Positions 9,101 to 21,100 of a stretch of 32,000 nt of DNA are shown one piece after another. Both the position numbers and the translations under genes were made by a program. The DNA is from Breznakia sp. PF5-3 (GTDB lineage Bacteria > Bacillota_I > Bacilli_A > Erysipelotrichales > Erysipelotrichaceae), in the NCBI RefSeq assembly GCF_029504745.1, contig NZ_JAQFIQ010000002.1:81287-113286 (forward strand). The letters run 5' to 3'. Every line of letters starts with the position of its first letter. Positions within the stretch are counted from its first letter, which is position 1. The notes under the pieces are model-generated. The model was not told where the DNA came from. It did no database searches and worked only from the letters and a program-made list of their open reading frames with translations.

Positions 9101-12100
9101 GCAGGAACTGTCGCTGTTAGTGGAACGACTACTTCAAATGTTATAAAGAAGAAAGTAAAATCGTTGATTGGAAAAGGTAGAGTAAATACAAAGAATAATA
9201 TCGTCGTAAAAGTTGACAGCGAAGAAAAGATTTTAGCTATCGTTGTTGCAGTAGGTGCTAGTAAAAGTGTAGCAGTACAGGGTTCTGTACCAGTTACAAT
9301 TATTGAAAATGATATTTTGGCATCTATCGATGGTGAAGTAATAGCTACAGATATCAGTATTTCGGCGAAAGATAAAGTCGATGCTGATGTATATGCCGGA
9401 GGCATTGGTGCTTCTAGTAGTGTAGCGATTGGTGCAGCAGTTAATACCTTATATATACAAGGAAAAGTGATTGCTCAAATTGCAGACAGTGCAAATATAA
9501 CAGCTGCAAATTTAAGTATTATTGCAGATTCAGAAAACAACATTCTTACAACCTTAATTAGTGGTGCTGCTTCAGGAACTGTAAGTGTTGTAGGTGTTGT
9601 GAATACAGTATTAATGAGCCAACAAACAAAAGCAGTGCTTGGTAACTCTGTTATTTTAAATATTCAAAAAGATATCTTATTGAAAGCTAATGCAGTGAAT
9701 GACTTTACTTGTTATGTTGGAGCATTATCAGCAGCTGGTACAGTTGCGGTAGGTGCTTCTGTAAATACGGTTAAGTTAGAAAATATCGTTAGCACAGTAA
9801 TTGGAAAAACAGTTGAGATAATCCAAAATACAGATACTAACATTGGTAATCTAACGTTACTTGCAACAGGAAAAGACAGTTTCTTTGGTGTTGTTGCTGG
9901 AATCGCAGGTTCTGGTAGTGTGGCTGTTAGTGCATCAGCAAATACGATTTTGAATACATCTAAAATAACTACGGAAATAGGAACAGATAGTAACATCAAA
10001 ATGGGTGGTAGCCTTTATGTGAAAGCGTACCATGATTTAATGATGAAATTATATCTTGGAACAACAGCTGTATCTGTATATGCAGGTGTGGGAACATCCG
10101 TATTAGTAGTAGTTAGTGAAGTAGCCGTAGCTAATAACGTTGGTGATTCAGCAATTTTAAATTTCACAGGATCAAAAACGAATACAGCTACAAATGGTAT
10201 TACATTCGTAAGTGCCTCAGATGTAGATATTATGAGTGTTGTCACAAGTGCAGCAGGTGGAGCAGCAGGTGTATCACCAACAAGTGCAACCTTTGTACTA
10301 AGTGGTTCAACGAAAAATGTAATTGGTGATAATGCATCATTTACAACCGATAAAAAAGTTAGCATTGATGCAAATAGCAATACAACAATAGCACCATATA
10401 TCGGTTCTGCAGGAGTTGGAGTGGCAGGTATTGGAGCTAGTGTATTAGTCATCAATAGTAGTAAAGAAACATCAACTTATATTGGGAAATCAGCAAGCAT
10501 TAAAGCAGTGGAAGGAATTTCAATAAGTGCAACTTCTAAAAATTCATTCACAGGTTTAGTCATTGGTTTCTCAGGTGGTGCAGTTGGTGTAGCAGCAAGT
10601 GTGAATGCAATGATTATTGAAGATATTGTGAATGCTGTTTCTGATACAGGAAGTTCATTAATATCTAGTAATGGTGCAGTTAGTGTACTTGCAAAGAGCA
10701 CGCAAAATTATGATTTACAAACATATACAACAAGTATTGGAGGTGCAGCAGTACAAGCTTCAAATGCAACAATAACATTTAAATCTGTTATAAATGCAGC
10801 ACTTGCAAATGCTGAAGCATTGAAAGATATTCTCGTTCATGCATTGGCTGAAGAAAATATTGGTACACAGATAGTTGGTGGAGCAGCTGGTGGAATAGCA
10901 GTTGGTGGATCGGTAGCAGTTATTATTTCAAATAATACAATAAATAGTTACATCCAAGATGCTTCTACCCTTGTAAGTAATGGAAATATTACTATAAAAG
11001 CTGATGATAGCTTATCAATAGATTCTAAAACAGCATCATTAAACCTTGGATCGATAGCCGTTGGTGCAGGTGTAAATGTAATTTTAATTCAAAACACAAT
11101 AGCAGCATACATAGGAAATAAAGTAAATGTAAGTGCTGCAAACACGCTAAGTGTTCTTGCAACCCTTAACCGTGTTGTTTCATTGAAGTCATTGGCAGCC
11201 TCAGGAGGACTTGTTAGTGGTAATGGAACTGTAAGTGTAATAAGTTTAGGAATTACAAATGATGAAGTGATGAATAATGCAGCGAAAAACGATGTATCGC
11301 AAGCAAATACGAATGTACAAGAAGCATTAAAAACACTTAAGGTACAACGTGATAATTCAAATAGTGATGGAAATGATATCATAGATGAAGCAAATACTTC
11401 ACTTGATGATATTCAATTTGATCTACTTGGATATTTAATAAATAAAACAGAAAATAATAAAGATAAAACAAGTTCATATATTGGTGAAGGTTCAACAATC
11501 AAAGCCAAAAACATTGTAGTGAGTGCAAGTGAAGCAAATGAGATTACACTTCATTCAGCAGCCGCATCAATTGGTGCAGCAGGAGCTGGAGCAAGTGTTC
11601 TAGTCTTGAAACATGGAAGTTATATTCGCTCATACGTAGGTAAAAATACATCATTGTCAGCAAGTGAAGATATCGATGTAAGTGCAAAAGCAACGAAACA
11701 AAAATATACAATTAATTCTGTAGCAGGTAGTGCTGGAGTTACATTAGCACTGGGTGCAGCAGTTACGTATATGGATATTCGTGGTGTTATCGAAGCATAT
11801 CTTAATGATAATGTAATTGTTGAGAATGTTAGAAATCTAAATGTTAATGCAATTGCAAACTATGTAGTGGATACTCATGCAATAGGAGCTTCCTTAGCGG
11901 GAGCAGGAGCAGTTGGAGCAAGTGTATTGGTAATCAATCTTGCAACAACAATAAGAGCTACTATCAATGATAAAGTAGAAATTAAAAAAGCAAATGATAT
12001 TAAAGTTCATGCCAATTTGACAAATGTATTGAATGCAAAAGCAATGGCAGGAGCAGCAGGACTTCTTGGTAGTGGACAAGCAGTTGTACTTACAATTACA

Positions 12101-15100
12101 ATCGCACCAAGTGTATCCGCATTACTTAAAAATAGTGTGAAGGTTCTAGATAGTTCTAGTATTAGCTTATGGGCTGATGCTGATGTGAAAATAGATGCAA
12201 CCATTACTGGAGCATCAATGGCATATGGTGTTGCTGGTGGAGCAAGTGTAATGACAATTACCAATAATGCGAAAATGACAGCAGGTGTTGGAACATCAGG
12301 AAATATAACTACAGGAACTATGGATGTTTATAATTGTTATAATACAAACAAAGATGGAAGTGTGAAAGCCGATCGCTTCAAAGTATCAGCGACATCTGTT
12401 TCTGGAGCATTATATGCTTCGCTTAACGGATTGGTTGTGACAATCAACGATTTCATGTCGATGGATACATATCTAGGTGGTACAATAAAAGCTGGAGCAA
12501 TAAGCGTAAAAGGAATCGCAGCTTCGATGTTGGATGTTACAGCGAAAGGATTTAGTGTTGGTTTAGGCGCATTAAATGCAATCGTATTAAATGTAAATTC
12601 AAAACAAAATGTATTAACGAGAACTTTAACTTCTGCACAAATAGAAGCGACATCACTGAGTGTAAACTCAGAAGTGTATGCGAAACTTACAGTAAAAGCA
12701 GAAGGAACAAATGGTGGTGCTTTCACTGCTGGAGCAGTGGTAGCAACAGCGACATTAAACCCAAGTATTCAAACCCATATTGGAGATTCTAATGTAATTA
12801 AAACAACCGGTGCAGTAGATGTGAAAACAATCTATAATGTACGCAATGGTATGATCCAAGATGGTATCCTTTTAACAGGAAATAATGCAGGTGGTGGAGC
12901 TATTACAGCAAACTATGTTGATTTAACTGCAATTCATACAGCATCAATTATAACCGCAGTTAATGCAAATTCTAAAATAACTGCAGGTGGAGATATTAAT
13001 GTATTGACCTATGCTGGACTACAGGCAAGTGCAATCGCAACAGCGAAGGCAATTGGAGCAATTGGTATTGGCGATACAAAAACAAATGTAAATGTTGGTG
13101 GAAGTATTACAACATCAATTAGTACTGGTGTGGAATTGAATGCAAGTACCATAAGAATTAAGAGTTATGTCTATGGAAAAGCAATCAGTGAGGTTATAGG
13201 TGCATCATTTGGTGGACTATCAGTTGGTGCTAGTAGAGCGACGGTTACGTTAAATCCAGTAATTGAAACGGTTAGTGGATTAAATGCTAAATTAACAGCA
13301 ACAAAAGATATTCAATTAGTTGGATATTACAATATGAAAACGACGCAACCAACTGCGGAAAATCCAGCAAATGACGTAGAAGGTAATCTAGCCGTTATTC
13401 CAGATTTAGGATTAGGAGCATTTGCAAAAGCGAATGGATCTAGTGGTAATCTGACAGGTGTGATTGGTACGCAAATCACAGTAAATCACAATACAAAAGT
13501 TCGTACAATCATTAAAGCAAATGGACAATTAGTAGCAGGAAATAGTATCTTTACATATGCATATTCGGCAATTCAAAATAGTCCAACTTTAAAGACGGAT
13601 TCCGGTGGTTTAGTAAGTGTTGGTGCAAACCAAGTAAAATCTACAATCCAGGTTGAAACTTTAGTAAAAGTAGAAAATTCAGCCACGCTAAGTGCGCAGC
13701 AGGATATTCATCTTATAAGTTATGCAGATATTAGTGCGAGTGCAGAAACAAGACAATCATCAGGAGGCTTAGTAAATGGAGGAGCACTAAACAGTGCGGA
13801 AACTACAATTACATCAAGTACTAAGATTGAATTGGGACAAACAGTTAGTGTTAAAGCATTAGCAAATGTATTTATGAATGCAAGTACGAAAATTGTAAAT
13901 AGTGCAATTAGTACTGGTAAGAGTGTTAGTGGTGTTGCAATTGGTGAATCAAAAGCAATAAATACAATCACTTCAACAACCAAGGTTATTGTTGGAAAAT
14001 CAAGCACAATAACAGCAGGCGATGTATTGTCATTGATTGCAATTGAAAGTATTAAAGCAACAGCAACAAGTTTAGCTTCTGAAGGTGTCTCTATTTTAGG
14101 AAGTTCAAAAGGTGCTACAGCGAATATCACAATAAATGAAAACATTGGTATTGAAGTTGCTAATTTGGTTACTTTTAGTGCCAAAGAATTGATTTTATTA
14201 TCAACACCAATTATTGAAGTTGTTGGTAATGCCAATGCTACAAATAGTGGTATTGTTGCATTAGGTGAAATCAGTAGTGATGTTACATTATCATTAAATA
14301 ATAAAATTATGTTTGGTGATAATACGAAGTTGCTTTCAACTGGTGACTTAATTATTCAAGCATTAAGTGATATTACAGTAAAAGTAGAAGGTACGGGAGG
14401 ATCTTATGGAGCATTCCCAAGTGCTGTTATTAAAAATACTGTAAACATTACAAATGCAGTGACAAGTGTCAGCTTTGCTAACAACAATGAAGTGGTAGCA
14501 ACAGGTACGCTAAAAGTGAATGCTGAAACAAATCTTGTTGCAACAGTGAAATCGATTATTAAAGGATCACATGGATTTGTTGCACATAATAATAATGCTA
14601 AAGCAATTGCTAATGTAAATGTAAATAACACGATTAACCTTGGAGTAAATGGTGTATATCGTGGAAAAAATATCTACATCTTTGCAGATATTAAGACATT
14701 AAATATTACTACATATGCAGAAAGTAAAAGTTATACAGCAAGTTCAAAAACATATATTGATTCATTGATTACAGTAAATGCAAATGTAACAATAACAGCT
14801 ACTAATGTTACTTTAGCTGCAACTCATGAATTGCATTTATATTCACTTATCAGTAATTTTAAAATGAGTGCAAAAACCGATGCTCGTATTATTGGGGTAA
14901 CTGGTTCAATCTTTGCAAATGCAAAAGCAAATGCAAATATCAAAGCTAAAATAATAATTTTAGGTGCTGATTCTGTACTGATGGGAAATGATATTAATAT
15001 TAAAGCATCATCTCCGGTTAATACGAATTTAGTAAGTGTTTTAAACAACCATACAGAAGTAGATACGGTTGTTGAATATGTATTAGTAGCAGTTCGTAAG

Positions 15101-18100
15101 ACAATGCAAGTAGTACGAGAAGTTACAAAGAAAATTGTAAAATGGTTACCATGGCCATTCAATAAACTCGTGAAATGGATTGTCGAAACAATCGTAGAAA
15201 CGGTTGAATATTTCGTGAATGAATTGGTACCAAAAGTATTAAATAGTGAAATCGATAAAAAAGAAGAGAATAAATATAATCGTGAGAATACCATTACATT
15301 GAATGGTAAAATCTATTATGGATCAAGTGTTCCAATTGAAATCACGATTGATAAAGATGGAAATATTTCATCAACAACAGGAGCAACTGCATATAAAGAT
15401 AAAGATGGTAACATTCATATTACATCGTTTGGAAAAATTGCTTCTGGATCACTTATTATCACATCTTATGCAGGTGAGGTAAATGGAAATGTAACAGTTT
15501 ATCGAAATGTTGATATTTCAATGATTAAGGTTGTAAATGAATCTCCATATAATATTTATATTGGAGGTATCAACTTTAATGATGAGGATATAGAAAATCC
15601 TGAACATGTAATAACAGCAAATATAAATAATTTGGAAATTCTATATGTAAGTGAAGGTGATGGAAAGACAAGAGTAATTATCAATAGTCTCTTTGGAGGA
15701 GATATTGTCTTCGAAAGTGGTATTGAACTATTGAATGGAATCTTAGAGTTGAGTACCAATGCAGATATAAAAACAACTGCAGACGCAAACTTAAGATTCA
15801 AAGAATTAAAGATCTATAAGGCGAGAAATGTGGGAAGTGCAGATAATCGTTTTACGATTTATTTGGCTGATGAAGGATTGGAAGATTCTTATATTACAAT
15901 TGATGCAGCAGAAAATGTATATCTATCTGTTAGTGCATTAGACTTTATTGATCTTAGTGAAGAAGCTTTCCCTGATCGAAAGTTACAAATTATCTTTAAG
16001 AATGTTTCAGTAAGTGGTAAGTTTGATGTTCGTACATCAACAGCAATGTATATTGAAAATATATTATTGATTGATTTTGGTAAAACGAAGTTAGTACCAA
16101 TCACTGAAATTAAAGAAATTTGGGAATGGGATCCTACAGCTGGTGATGATGGTATGGGTGCATATGTATTCTTAGGTGCTCAAGAAATTGTTATAGGCTA
16201 TAAGATCGAAATGGAAAGTGGTGAATCCATTACACCAAAAACGAAGCCAGCAGGATTAGAAGTTGTCTTTGATGGTAAGGTAGAAAGTGGAGAAACATAT
16301 TTTGATATAAAAGATAGTGACTTTATCTTTAGTAAAAATGGAAGTTTAAACAGCACTTACAATACCTTGATTACCAAAGGAAACTTGAGTACACAAAAAA
16401 CCTCTGGAATTGATATTCTTGGTAAATCATTGATTTTAAAAATTGATGGAATGATTGGTAGTGAACAAAATGTTATTCTAACAGCTATTGATACATTACA
16501 AGCAGAAAGCGAAAAAGATGTATATGTGAAAAATAACAAGTTGTTGACAGTGAAAAAATTAGTGGCTGAAAAAGCATATCTTACAGCTGTTGATTTAATT
16601 GTTGAACATGCTCAAAGTGATGTATTGAAACTATATTCAGATAAAGCTATTACAGCAAATATCAGTGTGAATAATTTGTTTGCACAAGCGATTGAAAATA
16701 TCGTAATCACAAATGATAAAACACTTACATTAGAGGGTGTTACAACAAATGCTAATATTAAAATTACTGTGGATGGAAACTTGTTAGGAAACAAAACAAG
16801 TGCTTACCATTTAAAAGGTAAAGAACTTTCAATTCATAGTAATAAAGGTATTGGTAATGCAACTACATATCTAAAGACACACTTACTTACAGATGGATTT
16901 ATCAATGTAGAAGCAAAAGACAATGTTTATATTGAAGAAATAACAGGCAATCTAATTATTAAAGCAATAGATGCAACAAATAAAGCAGTACATTTAAAAG
17001 CAAAAGAAGGAATTCTTGGATTACAAGATGGAACACATATCTATGCGAAAGATGTATACCTGGATGCAACGAAATCGATTGGCTCGGCAACGAGATATTT
17101 GAATATTAAACAAGATGCAGGTGGTAAAGTTGTTGCAAATAGTTTAGAAAATATATATCTTCATGGTGTAGATGGATTAGCAATTGAGTCGATTCAAACA
17201 GCGAAAGATGTATTCTTAAGTGCTAAACAAGATATTATGGCGGTTGGTAATGGCGCTCATATAGTAGCTGTTAATACCGATATAAGAAGCACATTAGGTA
17301 ATGTTGGATCTAGTAGTAATCGTATGGTTTTAAATACGAGTGGATTGGTAAAGGCTTATGCAAAAGAAAGTGTTTATCTAACACACACAGGAAGATTGAC
17401 AATTGACAAGATAGAAGCAGGTAAGGTAGTTGATTTAAAAGCAGTGGATATCTTTAGTGATACAACACCAGCAATTAAAGCAAATAAAGCAATCTTAACT
17501 GCAACGAATGCGCTTGGAAGTAGTTTAGAGCGATTGTATATGTCTGTTTCTGAATTTACACTAACAGCGAAAAATGCTTATATCAGTAATGATAAAGATG
17601 TTGCAGCAGTAGGTGAAAGCAATATTCAAGAGACATTAGATCTTGAAGTGAGTGGAAGTCTATCTGGAAGTAGCGGACATCTATTAAAAGCAAATAAGCT
17701 AAAAGTAGTAAGCGATGCTTCAGTAGGAAGCATGGAAGCAAAAATGAATTTATCTGTGAATGTTCTTGATGTAGTTGCAAAAGCATCTGTATACTTTAAA
17801 AATGATTCAACAAAAGATTTAAGAATTGAAAAAATTCATGCAGGTGATACTGTTGATATGTATACAGGCAATGTAATTGCAGGTGATATTCATGCAAAAT
17901 TCCTAAATGGTGTTAGTACAGGAGCGATGGAACTTCATACAACAATTGATGAAGTTGCTCTGCAGGCTACAAAGAAAATAGCACTATATAACAATACAGA
18001 TGTATTGATTCATACAATTCAAAGTGGAGAACGTGTATTTATCCAAAATGCTGGTCAGGTATCTGGTAAAGCAGGCGTAGTAAATATCAAGGCTTCAGAA

Positions 18101-21100
18101 TTGGAAATGGTTGTTTCACAAGGAATTGGAAATAATTTAGGATATGTAACATTGAATGTTAGTGGAAACATAAAAGTAACTGCAGATAAGTCAATCTATC
18201 TTCATGAGACAAAAGGTAATATGAACATTGATCTTGTGAAGACAAAGGAAACAGCATACTTGAAAGCAGAAAAATCAATTCTTAATGCTTCTACACAAAA
18301 CAATATTGAAGCTCAAAAAGCAGTGCTTGAAGCTGGTGGAAGTATTGGATTGAAGAATAAGTTATTAAAGGTTGATTTGAGTGGATCATTGTATGCAGAT
18401 GGAAATGGTGTCTTTGTGGAAGAAACAAGTGGGGATTTGATTATTGATCAAGTGAATGCTCACAACAAAGATGTTATTCTTTCAACAAATGCTTCATTGT
18501 TTGGTGAAAGTAATAAGACACATATTATTGGAAACAATATTGAATTAAGAACAAAAGGTAGTATTGGAACATCTAAAAATGCACTACAAGTAAAACAAAG
18601 TGCAACAGGTATTCTAAATGCTACAGCGAAAAACAATATATACTTGTATGGAACAGATACGCTTGGATTGGGTGCATTGACAAGTGATGAAAACATTTAC
18701 TTGAGTGCTTATCAAGATATTGAGAATCGATCTGATTGTGCATATAACTTGAAAGCTAAATCAGTAACCCTTGAATCTATAAAAGGTGATATTGGATCAA
18801 AAGATAAGAAAGTTATTCTTAAAGTGCCAAAAGAAATCTATGCAAAGGCATATGGTGGTGTTTACTTATCACATTATGGAAGTGATATGAACATTGGTAA
18901 GATTGAAGCTGGTACGAATGTGGTAATTGATGCACAAGAAAATATCTTTGGTTCATCATCTCCAAGTATCATTGCTGATGCAGCAGTGATAAATGCTAAA
19001 AAAGTTATTGGTTCAAGAAGTGAAAGATTTGTTCTTGATGTAAATAAACTTACTGTAAATGCAGCAAAAACATATCTTACTAACTTGAAGAGTTTACACA
19101 TGTGTGGTGATAGTAATGTAGAAAGTGTATTTGATCTATATGTAAAAGGAAATCTAACATCTGCGAAAAATGCAAATGTTAGTGCGGATACACTCATTGT
19201 TAAAGCGAGTGGTAATATTGGTAATAGTAGCCAAGGATTGAATACTAGTGTATCGAAATTGTATGCAAATGCAAAAGACAATATTTACATTGTAAATGCT
19301 TCTGATAAGGATTTACATGTAAAAGACATTACAAGTAGTAATATTGTTAATATCATTAGTGGCAACATCGTTGTTGATAATGTGAAAACAGATGCTCTTA
19401 GTCTTACAAGTTCAAAAAATGCAACCGTGAATGCAATAGTAAATAAGTTGAATATGAAAGTTAGTGGTAATGCAACCTTCACAAACGCGAAAGACTTATT
19501 AGTGGAAAAAGTTAGTGTTGGTAAGAATATCACATTGCATGTAAATGGAAATATTCTAGCAAATAAAAATACATTATTAGATGCAGTGAATATGACAATT
19601 CGTGCAGATAAGAATATTGGTTCAGCGAATGCATGGTTAAAACTTAAATCAAAAGGCGGAGTATTAAATATTAAAGCTAGTGAATATATGTATGTAGAAG
19701 ATTTAGCGTCAATGAGAATCGGCTCAATGACAGCGTCGAATGCGATTCACTTAAAGGCAACTGGAAGTATAACAGGTGGAGGTATCCAAACCAATACGTT
19801 ACACTTGCAAGCTGGACAGATTGGTCAAGGTATTCAAAGCAAACTATCTACCAATGTGAAAACGCTTTATGCAAATGCTTCAGGTAATATTTATTTGAAG
19901 AATGCAGGAAGTTTGAATATTAAGAATATGGTTTCTAAAGGAAACATATATCTTGAAGCAACATCGATTTTGGGAGATATGATTTCGGCGAATTATCTTG
20001 AAGCAATCGTAAGTGGAACATTGCAGTTTACCTCAAGTGTAAACCGTATGAAACTACAAGCTTCAACAATTCAAGTTCGCAATACAAGAAGTGTTATCTT
20101 GGATGATATTAGAGCACAATCAGTTACCATTAACAATGTTGGAAATGTAACTTCAAATGGTAGAATTTATGCTGAAACAATCGGCTTTAATATTCAAGGT
20201 AATGGTAATTTGAAAATTGCTGGAAGTAAGATTAGTGGAAGTGCAAGTGGTAACTTAAAGATTCACAATAACAAGTCTATGAGTATTACAACAGCAACAA
20301 AACTACAAGCTGGTGGTAATCTTGAAATTGAAGCGAATGGAAAAATCCATGTAGCTGCCAATGCTTCATTACGTGGAAATAGTATTAAGCTAGTTTCATC
20401 GTTGAGTGAGGGATTGGAAATCTTAGGTAAGCTATATGCGAAGACAACAGCATTGTATGGTGGATTGAATAACAAATATATCATTGATCAAGATGCTGGT
20501 GATGTTAGTATTTATTCACGTGTAAGTAATAGTTATCACGCGATTACATTGCTTTCATTAGCGAACAAGTTTGTATTTAATGGAAGTAGTGGAAAAGATA
20601 CAGTTCAAGTAGATATGAAAAACTTCAATGCAACTTCATCAAAACAATTTATCTTTGATGGAGCAGGTGGAGATGATGTATTAACACTTGACTTAAAAGC
20701 AACAGGTACAAATAATCATTATACGATTAAGAATATAAATCGTTTAGAATTGAATGGACAAACATCAGATGATACTTATGAAATTGATCGTGGTGGATTC
20801 GCATACGATCAAGGAAATGGTAAAGATACATATGATGTATCAAACATCGGTAGTGTTAAATTCAATGCACAAGGCGGAAATAATGTATTTAAACTTATTG
20901 ATACATTTGCAAAAACAGAAATTCTTGGTGGTAATGGTAATAACACGTTCTATATTGGTGTTATTGTAAATGATAGTACAAATGCAACGAAGACAACGGA
21001 AGGTTACTTATCAAGAGGTACAAGTCATGATACAACCATTCGTGATGGAAGTGGAAATAGTACATATCGTATCTATTCAACAAAAGGAAGTTTAGTGATT

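Noticed and set aside
20754-20969. Plus-strand 71-aa ORF in an alternative frame of the giant gene
   Set aside because: It is out of frame with the main ORF across the well-patterned GxGxD region. It has no SD.
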